Notes under the pieces: model-generated
The model's input: the letters and a program-made list of their open reading frames with translations, nothing else
Told to the model about the DNA's origin: nothing
Database searches by the model: none
Source of the DNA: Octopus vulgaris
Taxonomy: Eukaryota
NCBI GenBank assembly: GCA_951406725.2
Contig: OX597826.1
Coordinates: 74,400,001-74,464,000 of the forward strand
Length of the DNA: 64,000 nt
Direction: 5' to 3'
In this document: positions 14,291 through 28,776 of the stretch, piece after piece
How the letters are laid out: each line of letters opens with the position of its first letter
How positions within the stretch are numbered: the stretch's first letter is position 1
Translations under genes and position numbers: made by a program

Positions 14291-14526
14291 AAGAGGTTGA
14301 TGAAACCCCTTGTTACTGAAGAGCATTCCGTCTCTTAGTTTCTGAGTTTCCCGACGAATTTGGACAAGGCTATTATCGATGTTCGTTTTGTCGCTACTTT
14401 GTAAAGACAGAATGCCTTATATGGGCTGTTAGAAGTAGTTAAGTAAGTTACAAGTTGGCTGTAAGTTACAAGTTGTATAGAATGCGGTTCTTAATTTTGT
14501 CCATCGTTAATATTACAGATGAACTT

Positions 14527-14900
14527 AAGGCGGCGAGTTAGCAGAATCGTTACCGCGCAGGGCGAAATGTTTAATGGCATTTCGTCTGTCTTTACGTTCT
14601 GAGTTCAAATTCCACCGCGGTCAACTTTGTCTTTCATCTCTTTCGTAGTCGATAAAATAAGTACCAGTTGAGGTACTGGGATCAATGTAAACGACTTACC
14701 CATTCCCCTAAAATACTGGCCTTGTGCCAAAATTTGAAATCAATATTACAGATGACCTAGGTGGTGAGCCGCCAAGATTGTTTGCACACCGGACAAAACG
14801 TTTAGTAGCATTTCGTCCGTCTTTACTTCCTGTGTTCAAATTCCGCCAGGGTCGACTTCGCCTTTCATCCATTCGGGGTCGATAAAATAAGTACCAATCA
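14527..14900 (+). mobile_element. Two adjacent SINE family A copies
   Basis: Both heads present; AATATTA(C/G)AGATGA occurs before, between and after them. Confidence 0.85.
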
Positions 14901-14993
14901 ATATTAGAGATGACCTATTCCCATCGCACCCCCAAACAGATGTTATATTGATACACTCAAAAATGTTTACCTTTCCAACATACGTATTCGGAA

Positions 14994-15374
14994 GTGGAAG
15001 CGCAATGGCCCAGTGGTTAGGGCTGCGGACTCGGAGTCGTAGGATCGCGGTTTCGGTCCCCAGACCGGGCGTTGTGAGTATTTATTGAGCGAAAACACAT
15101 AAAGCTCCATGAGACTTCGGCAGGGGTTGGTGGTGAACCCTGCTGTACTCTTTCGCTACAACTTTCTCTCACCCTTTCTTCCTGTTTCTCTTGTACATGT
15201 CTTTCAAAGGGCCAGCCTTGTCCCACTCTGTGTCACGCTAAATCTCCCCGAGAACTACGTTAAGGGTTCACGTGTCTGTAGAGTGCTCAACCACTTGCAT
15301 ATTAATTTCACGAGCAGGCTGTTCCGTTGATCGGGTCAACTGGAACCCTCGTCGTCGTAACCGACGGAGTGCCA
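14994..15374 (+). mobile_element. SINE family C, full length
   Basis: tRNA-like head GGCCCAGTGGTTAGGG...GGTTTCGGTCCC; TSD ACGTATTC(G/A)GAA; antisense copy at 23283-23666. Confidence 0.88.
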
Positions 15375-15597
15375 CGTATTCAGAATATTTCAGCGTATTT
15401 TCTAACGGAATCATTCTAATTACGTACACTGTTTATATTAGTCGAATTTGTGTCCTCATCTTGTGGTACATTCCAGCCTTCTTAGGGTGTCTTGTGATTC
15501 AACTTAGAGGCTTGCCTGAGATTGAACTATCATCGTAGGGGACTGCACTGCTTTATATTGGCTCCGTACTGACTGGATAACATAAATCTATATTTCT

Positions 15598-15816
15598 TAT
15601 TTCATTATTGCCCACAAGGGGCTAAACATAGAGGGGACAAACAAGGACAGACAAAGGGATTAAGTTGATGACATCGACCTCAGTGCTCAGCTTGTCCTTA
15701 ATTTATCGACTCCGAAAGTCGACCTCGGCGGAATTTGAACTCAGAACGTAACGGTAGACGAAATACAGCTGAGCTTTTCGCCCGGCCTGCTAAAGTTTCT
15801 GCCAGCTCGCCGCCTT
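15598..15816 (-). mobile_element. SINE family A
   Basis: TSD TAAATCTATATTTCT at 15583-15597 and 15816-15830. Confidence 0.9.
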
Positions 15817-16334
15817 AAATCTATATTTCTGAGATATTAATGGAGGTTTATAAGCCTTAAAAATTTACTCAATCACAGCCTGCGTGCATAGCGTAGGGAA
15901 TAAAGGCCTTGGTTAATGCAGTCACCTTAGAGGTTCTGAGTTCGATGCCAAGCAAGGGAAGACACCTGAAGAAGGTTGGTTCGTATAACAGCCGAAACGC
16001 AGTGAAAGAAATGATCAAGAGGACACCAAAGCAACTAATGTAAACAGTATACATTATATTTGTTCTTTAGCTCAGAAATATAGAATTATTATATAATTCC
16101 GGTTGTTCAGATGTTTGCAATAACGACTTCATGTTAGGTTACAAGTGAGTGTTTGAATTAGACTGCGGTTTGCAGCAAATGCTTGTTTGCTAGGTTAACC
16201 ATTAGTCAAACAATTTGACAAAGGGTTAAACTCTTTAAGATTTAAAATAACAACAAATGTTAGACTCAAGGTTAAGCTGTGTGTAAGATTGATGATTAAA
16301 TTATCTTACGTGGGGCGGTCATGTGTAAGTCTCT

Positions 16335-16543
16335 CTTATCTGTTACTTGTTTCGGCCATTTGACTGCGGCCAAGCTGGGGCACCACCTTGAAAGGGTTGT
16401 AGTCGAACGAATCGACCCCCAGGACTTCTTATTTTAAGCCTAGTACTTATTCTATCGGTCTATTTTCCGAACCGCTATGTTACGGGGACGTAAATACTGA
16501 AACCCCAGTTGTCAACGGTGGTGGGTGACAAGCATAAACAAGG

Positions 16544-16575
<32 letters not shown>

Positions 16576-16735
16576 ACACACACATTATATACGGCGTGCT
16601 TCTTTCAGTTTCTGTCTACCAAATCCACTCACAAGACTTTGGTCGGACCGAGGCCCAAAGTGCCACGCAATGGGGCGGAATCCGGAACCACGGGGTTGTG
16701 AAGCAAGTATTTTGCCACACAGCCACGCTTGCGCC
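16335..16735 (-). mobile_element. SINE family B
   Basis: Matches the family B consensus seen at 40858-41268. Confidence 0.85.
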
Positions 16736-16964
16736 TATCTGATTAGAAGGAGACTAAAGCTATGGCTTAAACAAGGGCCTGAACTGAAGGTTACAATAAT
16801 GCTGTGCACATTATATCTAACAAGTTCATGTCCACTCAAACGCGGGAAGAACTTCGCGGCGGTACTCTCTAGGAAAAAAAATTCTATTTAAGGAGTTTAC
16901 ACGAAATACAAGTGTATAAAATTTTATTTTAATCGTCGCTTCTTAGTGCACCTTTAATTAATTA

Positions 16965-17176
16965 TCTTTTACTCTCTCTTTTACTTGTTTCAGTCATTTG
17001 ACTGCGGCCATACTGGAGCACCGCCTTTAGTCGAGCAAATCGACCCCGGGACTTATTCTTTGTAAGCCCAGTACTTATTCTATCGGTCTCTTTTGCCGAA
17101 CCGCTAAGTGACGGGGACGTAAACACACCAGCATCGGTTGTCAAGCAATGCTAGGGAGACAAACACAGACATACAA

Positions 17177-17211
<35 letters not shown>

Positions 17212-17385
17212 CATATATATACGACAGGCTTCTTTCAGTTTTCGTCTACCAAATCCACTCACAAGGCATTGGTCGGCCCGGGGCTATAGCAGAAGACACT
17301 TGCCCAAGATGCCACGCAGTGGGACTGAACCCGGAACCATGTGGTTGGTTAACAAGCTACTTACCACACAGCCACTCCTGCGCCT
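16965..17385 (-). mobile_element. SINE family B, full length
   Basis: tRNA-like head, CORE-like CTTGGGCAAGTG, internal microsatellite and CR1-like tail. Confidence 0.9.
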
Positions 17386-17999
17386 ATTGAAGATTATTGA
17401 AGATTATTCTGTTTGATTTGGTGTTTTTTTAAAGTTAAATTAATTAACACTCTGCACCATAAACTATTTGTTAGAGCAAATAATTTAAATTTGCACGTGT
17501 GTTGTGTATAAGTATTTAAAAAGAAATAAATAAAACACTTATATCTTCCTCTACTTCGTTTTTATCGTCTATAAAATCTTCTACTTTAGCAAAACATTTT
17601 ATTAAAAAAGCTGCACATTTCTGATGAAGAAATCGACGTTTTTTTTAAAACTTCGTTATGCTGGCAAAGCAATGCGGAATGCAATGAAAAATATAAACAT
17701 TTATATACAATGTGGCCAGAATATATATAGCTTTACATCCTATTAGCTACTTACGCAGAAAATTGTGCGAAACCAACACAACTGCATGTCCTCACTCAGA
17801 TTGTGAACATGAAATCAATGCTTTTAAGCGAATAACACCCAAATGTTATCTTGAATAGCGATGACGTCATGTTTATTAAATTAAATGCCAATGTAAGGGA
17901 ATACTGACCTTCAGTCACTTCACTCCTTACATCGGTTGGCTGTTTTCTGTTTTACATCCTATTCACTGGAAAATATAGCCGTGTAGATTTTTTGTGCAA

Positions 18000-20763
18000 A
18001 TAAATATTTCACGAACACTTTGTAGCCATCCAAGCCTAATGCTTCGCTGTCGATTTTCTAATTCGTGTGTGTGAGTGCATGTCTGTGTGTGTGTGTGCGT
18101 ATTCTCTGTAAAAAAAAGTTGTTTAGGCATTTAGTTGTCTGTCATTCTGACTAAGTGTCCACTCCATCTCAATCTGTACTGCAATAGCAAAGCTTCAACA
18201 CTGAAGCATTTCCTTTTTTCAAGCACCTCATCGTCACTCAAACATTTTCCAGCTGATCCTCAAAATCCTTCTGAGACATTGTTGATCAAAACGTTCCATT
18301 AGTTCTAAGTGCTTACAATACACAGTCCAGGTTTCGCAAGCACACAGTAAAGAGGTTAATATACATGTATTGTATACGTTAATCTTTGTCGCAGTGGAAA
18401 TACCATGTCTAGACCATAGGCGGTCTTCCAGTTTGCCAAAAGCAGGACTTGCTTTCTGAATGCACAGAGAAACTTCATCATCAAGATCCATTGATGTGTT
18501 TAGTGTGCTCCCTAAATAAACAAACTTAGAAACCACAGCAAGTTTTCTTCCATACACGAAGATACCAGGCTCTACGTCAGGCATTCCTGGTACTGGCTGA
18601 AACACGACAACAGTTTTGGTTAGATTTATGGTTAAGCCACGTGCCTCAACAATCCATTGAAACTGCATTCATAAGATTTTGCATGCCCTCCTCAGTATGC
18701 GTGACAATATCACAATCATCTGCATAGAGGGGATCTCTAATAAGAGTTGAGGACTTAGCTGACAGAGTTTTCCAGTTGTGCGATATCTGATATATATGCC
18801 TTCATAGGAGCCTTTGAAAGCCAATTGAAAAACTATAGTAAAAAAAAGGGTGAAGAGAGTGGGTGCTGGTATGTCACCTTGTTTTACCCCATTCGTCATA
18901 GAGATAGGCTCCGAGAGCCTTCCACCAATGTTGATCCTTATTTTCATGCCATCATGAAACTGCTTCAGAATAGTGAGAAACTTTACCGGGCATCCGAGTC
19001 TCTTCAAGATCTCCCACAAGGCAGTTCGATTGACAGAGTCAAAAGCCTTAGTAAGATCAATGAGTATCTGATAAAGCCCCGTTTGCTGTTCCACACAGTT
19101 TTCCTGTAACTGCCGTGCAGAGAAGGTCATGTCAACAGTACCCCTACCATTTCTGAATCCACGCTGTGATTCATCAGGAAGAATCTCATTAGGCACATAT
19201 ATCTGCAGCCGGTCCAAAATTATTCGTGATAAAACTTTGCCGACGACTGTAGCAAGCAGGCAAATACCCACGAAAACCATTGCATTCATCCTTGTGTCCC
19301 TTACTCTTGAACACAATTTCCATGGCTGCATCATTCCAGTCTTTTGGCATAACTTCATTTTTCCATATTTTCTGTATTACTGCTGTCAGCATTTCTAGCA
19401 AGTAATACCCCCACAAAAAAAAAAAAAACTTAAATAGTTCTACATTCAGACCATCAACTCCCGATGTTTTGCCATTGCTCAGCTTTGATACTGCTTTTAC
19501 TGTTTCCTCCACTGACGGGGTGTCATCTACGCACTCGATGGATACATTCTGTAGAATCATATCAATACTTTTTTCATCAGCAATTGATGGTCGATTCAGA
19601 AGTTCATTGAAATGTTCCTCCCATTGTTTTAAGATGTCTTTGGGCTCCCTCAGTAAAACACCATTCTTATTCTTCACATGAGCCAAAGCAGGACATGATG
19701 GCCCATACACTTCACAAAGGATAGTATATAATAACTTAGTGTTCTTAAAATTGGAAGCAGCCTTTATCTCTTCTGCTTCCTTCCGTCACCAAGTATCCGG
19801 CATGCTTAGAATCTTTCTTTGTACATCTGCTCTTATCTCTTTGAAAAAAGCTCTATTTTTGGTCAGAATCATTTGCAAGTAACGAATGCAAAGCCTTTCA
19901 TTTTTCTTCCAACAAATGTTGAATGCTTCCATCACTTTCATCAAACTAATCTGGATATTTCTTCTTTACTTCTAAATTTCCTTTACTTAAATTGTATAGT
20001 TGTCCTCTGAAGTCCATCCATCATCTGTCCAATCCAAATTTTCGATTTTCTGCTGAAATTCTACTCTAATTGTTTTATCCTTAAGGAGATTTACTTTCAG
20101 GCATTTAGGAATGGCAGTGCCACTTTTTCTTCTTTATAGCTTCACTACAAACTTGATCTTCCCACGAACCAATCGATGATCTCTCCAGCATTCTGCTCCC
20201 CGCATGACCCGCACTATACAGAAATCTCTCTTATTTCGCTTTCTAGTTATCAAATAGTCTATCAGGTGCCATTGTTTTGAACCGGGGTGCGTCCATGTAG
20301 TTTCGAACTTATCTTTTTGCTGAAAAGCAGTGCTCATAATAAATAGATTCAGCTCAGAACACATCTGTAACAAAAGTAAGCCATTGCTGTTTCAATTTCC
20401 CACTCCATGTCTTCCAATCACACTTCATGTCTCACGATCTTTATCAACTTTAGCATTTAAATCGCCCAATATGACAATCTTATCCTCGTGTGGAATTTTG
20501 CAGATATTTTCTTTCAGCACATCATAAAAGGAGAGCTGTTAATTTCCACTGGCATTCATAGTTGGTGCATAAACACTAACAAGTGTTACATACCGATCCT
20601 TTTTCTAAAGGCAACCTCAGCAAAATCATTCTATCATTTACGCTGTATGGCAATTCCTCTAACTTATCAACCAAGGAGGTTTTCAGAGCAAAAGAAACAC
20701 CACTTCCTTTTTGGCAATTTTCTTTTTCGTCTTTCCCATTCCAATAAAATGTGTAACCACTGG

Positions 20764-20765
<2 letters not shown>
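18000..20765 (-). pseudogene. RTE-clade LINE ORF (APE endonuclease plus RT), frameshifted
   Basis: EN motifs GYTFYWNG, NDRMILLRL, TWTHPGSKQWHLIDY, DHRLV. RT motifs ESQRGFRNGRGTVDM, IDLTKAFDSVNR, GVKQGD and LYADD (shifted frame). Distal motifs FVYLGS, LLCACETWTVY, RWSGHLVRM. Multiple stops and frameshifts. Confidence 0.95.
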
Positions 20766-20809
<44 letters not shown>

Positions 20810-20822
20810 ATATGTATATATA

Positions 20823-21025
20823 TAGTTAATCCAAACAAGAAAGCACATAAAAACACAACAACGCGAGGACGTGGAACAAATATAGTATTATTGGACGCTC
20901 AGGAAAGAAGGAAAGAAGGAGGGTTTTACGTTTCGAGCGGAGCTCTTCGTCGGAAACATAGGAGAAGGAAAGATCCAGAGAAGGGAAGACAGAGGGAAAA
21001 AATCGCCAACGGTACACACGAGATC
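20823..21025 (-). mobile_element. Hammerhead-bearing short element, subfamily A
   Basis: Minus strand GTTT-CCGACGA-A-GAGC-TCC-GCTC-GAAA-CG-TA-AAAC at 20923-20957; 3' end runs into (TA)n. Confidence 0.8.
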
Positions 21026-21026
21026 A

Positions 21027-21065
<39 letters not shown>

Positions 21066-21067
21066 TA

Positions 21068-21130
21068 TACAGCAGACTTTCAAAGTGACACCCCTATAAA
21101 AGTGACACTCCTATAAAAGTGACACCCACA
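21068..21130 (+). repeat. Three 17-bp tandem repeats (AAAAGTGACACCCCTAT); possible DNA-transposon end
   Basis: Preceded by TA-CAGCAGACTTTC, a Tc1/pogo-like terminus. No partner TIR seen. Confidence 0.5.
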
Positions 21131-21499
21131 AGCTACGTAACTGTGTCTTGGTAGATTTGTCTGCTGTTTGCATAATTTCAATGTCTATTACGATTAATAC
21201 ATCAAATGATAGATAGGCCCTAATTTAATATGTTTTGGGAAGGGTTTCTTAGATATACTTTAGACAACTACAAATTGTTATATATAGACATGGGTTCTTC
21301 CTGTTTTGCATTGAGGATACTTATATTTCCAAAAGTTTCGCGTGCCACGAGGCCTCTTCTTTAGAAAAGCATTTTCCCAATTCTTCTCGGGTTCGAATTG
21401 TCGAATTTCACTTTTTCTCACTCCACACAAACTTATTTAATTTTAGGAATTTTATTTAACTTATTTTTGGCAATTCATAACAACACTAGTTTCTTTTCT

Positions 21500-21671
21500 A
21501 TTATTTAGCTTTTATTTGTTCCAGACATTGGAGTGTGGCCATGTTGGAGCACCGCCTTGAAGGATTTAGTAGAACAAATCGACCGCAGTACGTACGATTA
21601 AGTCCCGCAATTATTCTGTCGTTCTCTTTTGCCATATACATGCACACACACACACACACACACACACACAA

Positions 21672-21708
<37 letters not shown>

Positions 21709-21733
21709 AGCACACACACAAGCACACACACAA

Positions 21734-21772
<39 letters not shown>

Positions 21773-22145
21773 CGATGGGATTCCACACAGTTTCCGTGCA
21801 CCAAGTTTATTCACAAGGGATTAGTCGGCCTGGAGCCGCACAAGAAAACACTTGCCCAACATGCCATGCAGTGGGACTGAACTCGAAACCTTTTTAACCA
21901 CACTGCCATTTCCCCTTCCTAGTATTCATTCATTTTGTAAAGTAGTCAGCTGACAGAATCGTTAGCAAGCTGGACAAAATGTTTTGCGGCATTTCGTCCG
22001 TCTTTATTTTCTGAGTTCAAATTCCGACTATGCCTTTCATTCTTTCCGGATCGATAAAATAAGTACCAGTTGATCACTGCGGTCGACATAATCGATTTAT
22101 CCCACTTCCCCCAAATTTCAGGCCTTGTGCCTAGAATAGAAATGA
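21500..22145. mobile_element. SINE B (-, 21500-21905) and SINE A (+, 21940-22145)
   Basis: Match family consensus. Confidence 0.8.
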
Positions 22146-22676
22146 TTAATACATTTCGTAGGATATCCTGTTTGATTAAACCACGAACAACCGAAATGTA
22201 TGGGTTGCACTTGTAAGCCTGCTGACACATTAAAAACGTTGATTGTTAAAATAGGTTGAGAAATAAATAATGATAGAAATGAAATCGATTAAGCGGTTGG
22301 AGGCATTATCGAATGAATGGACGTGAAATAACAAGACAGGTTTTAAGGAGTCTTATTTGATTTGATGTCGTCTGCTAAACACACTAATGTGACCCCAGTG
22401 ATAAATGAGAAATATTCACAACGAACACATGTCCATTAGTTCTAGTTCAAAAGCTGCAAAGTAAGCGTGAGAATAAATCCCGGCAGTTGTTGACATAGAG
22501 TGTTGTATCGGTGACAGCTTCCGTAATGGCGATTGTGTAGCTTCTTTGTTGGTCCTCCCCGCATTCAATGTTCAGCTTTCTTTTCTGTTCATTCGTTAAC
22601 TGATGAATAATTTGCTTCACATAAATTTTTCTATCGGGTTTTTCAATGACAGGATACCCATTTTTCAACCTTCAGA

Positions 22677-22727
<51 letters not shown>

Positions 22728-23282
22728 GAACTGGAGTAAAATACATAAGTCTTCTTTGATCATTAAAACTTTCTTGGCAAATATAAGGAATTCAATAAAA
22801 AAAATACAAATAGGAAGATAACCTAAAAATATTAAATTCAACATCATCTCACTGCAAACATATTATAGGTATTTCGTAGGGGTAAAAAATGCATGATCTA
22901 TTTTATAGTAAGCTTTGAGCAGGGCATTCTTGAATGAAACATTATTCATCAGAACTGAACTGTAGCCAGTAGAAAACTCATCAGTTTATGCTGCTGTCAG
23001 ATGGTATCTGTACCAATACTAAGTGGTTAAATGGTACAGATATCTGGTGTAAGAGGATCTTTATGTGATGAAATGACCTTGGTAGATCTATGAAAAGGGA
23101 CAATTATTCCGAAACAGATTAGTAAGAGATTGTTGAATTTTTCTCAAGTTTACTTAGATCATATTGAATATATCATCTCAATCTCTACAACTAAAGAACT
23201 TTCTAATAATTACCTGTAGAGCTATCTACATTATTTGTGTTTCAGGTATTATGAATTACAATATTTTCGTTGTACATGGATG

Positions 23283-23666
23283 GAAGCACTCCGTCGGTTA
23301 CGATGACGAGGGTTCCGGTTGATCCGATCAACGGAACAGTTTGCTCGTGAAATTAACGTGTAAGTGGCTGAGCACTCCACAGACACGTGTACCCTTAACG
23401 TATTTCTCGGGGATATTCAGCGTGACACAGAGAGTGACAAGGCCGGCCCTTTGAAATACAGGTACAACAGAAACAGGAAGTAAGAGTGAGAGAAAGTTGT
23501 GGTGAAAGAGTACAGCAGGGATCACCACCATCCCTGCCGGAGGCTCGTGGAGCTTTTGGGTGTTTTCGCTCAATAAACACTCACAACGCCCGGTCTGGGA
23601 ATCGAAACCGCGATCCTACAACCGCGAGTCCGCTGCCCTAACCACTGGGCCATTGCGCCTCCACCG
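23283..23666 (-). mobile_element. SINE family C, full length
   Basis: TSD CGTTGTACAT on both sides; homologous to 14994-15374. Confidence 0.9.
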
Positions 23667-23917
23667 TTGTACATACATACCCACATACATACCCACATAC
23701 ATACATATATTCATACATATTTCCCAAAAAAGGTTAGAAACATTTTCATAACAATTTTTTAAATAATTTTTTTTAGAAAAATCACCTTTACACTTCAAAA
23801 ACTGAAATTGACAGCTAACGTTTGAAGATTTTACACAGAGTAATATTGTGTCTAGGAATGATCTTGGACATGAATAATAATTTCATATCTTTATTCCTAT
23901 TAGTATACAAATACAAA

Positions 23918-24590
23918 TTGGTTTCAAACTTTGATATAAGGCCCGCAGTTTGGCGGGTGAGAGTAAGCCGGTTACATCGATCCCAGTCCTCAACTGGTAC
24001 TTATTTTATTAACCCTGAAAAGATGAAAGGCAAAGTTGACCTTGGTGGAATTTAACCTCAAAACGTAAAGACAGACGAAATGCCGCTAAATATTTTCTTC
24101 CAGCGTGGTTGCGATTCTACCAGCTCTCTAATCTATTTACTTGTTAATATATTAAGGCGGCGAGCTGGCATTGGGAAAATGCTTAGCGGCCTTTCATCTG
24201 TCTTTACGCTCCGAGATCAAATTTTGCAGAGGTCGACTTTGTCTTTCGACCTTTTGTGGCCGATAAAATAAATAGCAGTCGAGCATTGGGATCGATGTAA
24301 TCGATTTAATCCCTTCCTCGAAATTGCCAGCCTTGTGCCAAATTTTGAAACCAATATACTGAGTTAAATTAAGGCAGCGAGCTGGCAGAATTGTTGCCCG
24401 GCTTTAGGCTCTGAGATCAAATTCCGTCGAGGTTGACTTTACATTTCATCCTTTCAGGGTCAACGAAATAAGTATTAGTTGATTACATTGATCGCAGTAA
24501 TCGACTTGATTATTGGTGGGGTGGTCAATGTAATTGGCTTGCTTCCACCCCCAAAATTGCTGACATTGTGACAAAATTTGAAACCAATAT
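23918..24590. mobile_element. Cluster of three SINE family A copies (-, +, +)
   Basis: Heads and Nin-like cores at about 23918-24130, 24154-24355 and 24371-24590. Confidence 0.8.
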
Positions 24591-25203
24591 ACTAATAGTA
24601 ATTGAAGAATGGCAATATCGAGTTGCTCAGCTGGTTAAAGGAAAATTTACACGGTCACTCTAAACTCCATGTTTACAGGAATGTCTTGAAGTCTACATGC
24701 AACTAGTTAAAAGGAAAGAGAAAACAGTTTACGTCTATTTCTACGAGAAAAAACTACATAGTATGCATTGTATCTAATCTCAAGTAATCTGCAGCTAAAT
24801 TTCTCCAAAAATATAAAGATTTAAAAACGAAATGAAGCAGAAGGGAGTTAAAATAAACAACGTTTGAAGTGATATTACAATAATAACTTAATCCGACCTA
24901 CCAATTTATCGAGAGATTTGGAATCTGAAACAGGAGTACAAAGACCACAGTGTTTGGCATATTTCGACATTTGGTTGCATATTTCCAAGTTGTTCATCTG
25001 AGAGAAGTAGTGGAGGACATCATAGTGGAAAATAATACAAAAACGTTCTAACTGCGCTGCTCTCTTTTAAGATGAGATCAAATTTAAAACGTTGATATTC
25101 GGAGGCTATCTAATCTTGAAACCTCACTTGAAATTTAAGACTGTGTTGTTATAATCAGTTGAGCTGGGAATATAGGCACTATAACAACTTACATAAATGT
25201 GAT

Positions 25204-25316
<113 letters not shown>

Positions 25317-25892
25317 GCAACAACAACAATAATAAAAGTAATAATAATTGTATGAATGTTCGTCACAATAAAAACTTCAAAATTTTCCCTCGCTCATTGT
25401 GTATTTGTTAAAACATTTTTGTTGTGGAAGAACCAAAGGGATTTGAAAAGAATCAAAGCACCCATTGATGCATAAGCATTTAGACATGCGTACAATCCAT
25501 GTACACACACGAACACACACACAAACTCACTCACATACACACACATATATATGCATATATGCATATATATATATATATGCATATATATATATATATGCAT
25601 ATATATATATATATATGCATATATATATATACATGTATATATTTATATATATATATATCGAGAGAAGTATATGCACAGATTAATACATGCAATTACGTAT
25701 ATGTATACATATCTGAATGCGTACATACGTTACATGTGTGCGTGTGTATGTGTGTATAAAAGTGCTAGTGTCGATTTGTTCCATTAAAACCGTTCTAGGC
25801 AGCGCACCAGCATGGCCGCACTGAAATGACTGAAAGAAGTAGAAGATACATACACATACGCACATATATATATGTATGTATATCTATATATG

Positions 25893-25923
<31 letters not shown>

Positions 25924-26341
25924 ATTGTTATATTTCGGAATGGTCATATTTAAACGTATATATATATATATATATATATATATGAATTTTTGTAAATTTT
26001 TGCCTTGAATGGATTTTTTACCTTTTAAATGCATAATGCAATCTTAGTTGCAAAATATGAATGAAAATCAGAAATTGAAACGTACGTAGGCGATATGAAA
26101 TTGACTATTATATAATGATTTGATTTTTCTGTGTTCAAACGTGTCTTTTTTCTTATCTTATATTATTCAAATTCTGTTCTCCTGTATCGAATAGATGAAA
26201 GCGCCTACTGGAACTTCATAAGTGTTAACACTAATACTAACACAAATTGATGAATTCCAAGTATGTTAATCGATATGGAACTAAACCGATGTACTCTTGG
26301 ATAGATTACATCCTTGTGAAGGACCAACCACTTTCAATTCG

Positions 26342-26456
<115 letters not shown>

Positions 26457-26479
26457 ATGTATATATATATGTGTGTGTG

Positions 26480-26532
<53 letters not shown>

Positions 26533-28539
26533 GTATGTATATATTTATGTATATATGTATGTGTGTGTGCCTAACTACATGCACAAACTAGCGTACACAG
26601 ATGAGTTTGCAAGTGGCAATTCGTCGTGTAACCAGACTCCCAAATGAAGTGCCGTCGATTGGTCTGGAGTCCATAACACTCACTTATAGGCGTGGTGTAA
26701 CGAACCAGTGGCTGTGGATACCTCAATGCAGTTGCTTGACTTGTTAGGGATAGCACCAAAAATGTACGTTGCATAACGTGTTCCAGATGCTGTTAAATGA
26801 GGAAGGATTCACGGATAGAATGCATTTGACCAAGGGTTTAACAATTATGTATTGAACCACTAGCAATATCGAACGTTTGCCGTAGTTACCAATCTTATCT
26901 GGTTGCTACCATAAATCTCTTGGATATACTAAGTGTTTCATTGAAATAATATGGCGTAATGTGAACTAAAATATATATAAAATTAACACACAACACATGT
27001 TATTTTGGATGAAGTATTTATTTTGCATCTTAAAGACATTAACGAAAGCTGTCAAGCAAATAATCAAACATATATAAGGATTAAAGGCATTATGCACACG
27101 CACAAAAAAACACAAGACGTATCCTGATAAACATACACACACACAGAGGCGCATACACACACGCACACACACATACGTTTATGTATTTGTTTTGCAAAAT
27201 TCCTGATGTCAAATTGTGTATTGAAACATACATTGTAATATTTCGGAATGGTCACTTTTTTTGCCAAATAAACACACGAACTACATATATTCGTTCTTCA
27301 CTTTAGATCTATCATTGTTCTTATTTTTATGTCTGATGTTTTCAAATCTTTCCTCACACCTCCTGTGACCTCTTCAGCGACTCTCCACCACACGTGTCTC
27401 CTCGACTAAACAGAACAGTAGGAGACACGTGACGTACAGAACATCAGATTTAATTGTTATTCCTTATACATCATTTACATGTCATTGAAAACCAGATTGA
27501 GATCCCTGCTGACGATACGGAAGGGTTTCCAGTAATTCAAGGAATTTAGAAGAGTTAACAAAACTCCCGAATAGCTCCTGCAATTTCTGTGTGGGGCAAA
27601 GCTTTTCTGATGTTTATTTTACCCATAAACCACATATTCAAATGCTAAGCATAAAAACCTACTAGCTATTATTTAATCCACCGATTTTACAGCCACCATA
27701 ATGCTCTTTTAGTGAACAGTGGTATGCTCAGAAAATATTTATGTAAGAATACATTTGGGTTTAAAAGTAAATATTATCTGAAGTTACGTGGTCTTTCTGG
27801 AAAAACAAAAAAACAAAAGCAAAACAAAAAAGAAAACATCGGTAACAAAAGACAAAAGTTTGTTCAAACGAAACCTTTGCTTTTCAGAAATGATATCTTA
27901 ATATTTGACGTAAAAAGATGTTTTTTTCTCTCAAATATCAATGTCGTGAGCTTAGTGAGCCAACACACAAATATTTTTCTACCGCTGCTCTTCATAGGAA
28001 ATATTTTCTGCTGGGAACATTTTACACTCCTTTGGATATATAAACCAAATCTTCGGCTTGTGTTCATATCTTTTGTGTTTTTCTAGTAAGTCATGTGCCA
28101 GTAGGTGCAAAATGATGTTTTTGTTGTATCCAACTTACATATTGTTCCTTTGAGAACTCCATGATATATCACAAAGAACGTCCCTTTTTAAAAGGAATTT
28201 ATTTCAAACCTTTATTTCAACATACGCATGCATGATTACACCCCCACCTAAATCACATAGATATACATTAGTACTGCATTGTTTGACATATTAACGTGTG
28301 TCGTAACACTTGAGGAGTTGCGACTAATGTCTTAACAATTGAAGCATTGACGATAGTATCTTAACTGTCGAAACATTGACGGGAGCATCTTGAAAGGTGA
28401 GGTGTTAAGATTTCAGTCTTTACTGTAAGAATACTTGCACCAGCGTCTAAACAATTGGAATATGAATATTAATTTCTAAACAGTTGAGATATTGACGATA
28501 AAGTCTTAATATTTGAGACGATGGCATTAGAGGTTTTTG

Positions 28540-28776
28540 AAGGCGGCGAGCTGGCAGAAACGTTAGCACGCCGGGCGAAATGCTTAGCGGTATTTCGTCT
28601 GCCGTTACGTTCTGAGTTCAAATTCCGCCGAGGTCCACTTTGCCTTTCATCCTTTTTTGGGGTCGATTAAATAATTACCAGTTACGCACTGGGGTCGATG
28701 TAATCGACTTAATCCGTTTGTCTGTCCTTGTTTGTCTCTTCTGTGTTTAGCCCCTTGTGGGTAGTAAAGAAATAGG
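28540..28776 (+). mobile_element. SINE family A inserted in the minisatellite
   Basis: TSD GGCAT(T/A)AGAGGTTTTT at 28523-28538 and 28775-28790. Confidence 0.92.

Noticed and set aside
14994-15070. tRNA genes at SINE heads
   Set aside because: They continue into SINE bodies with TSDs; no complete cloverleaf is supported.
17620-17660. Isolated CTGATGA hits as hammerheads (also about 2436, 22600, 51244, 52480)
   Set aside because: They lack a properly placed stem II-GAAA-UH-stem I arrangement.
18000-20765. Active RTE element
   Set aside because: Multiple frameshifts and stops; the 5' end is lost at a (TA)n tract.
22447-22668. Non-repetitive 73-aa minus-strand ORF as a host exon
   Set aside because: No recognisable domain and no clear donor site; needs a homology search.
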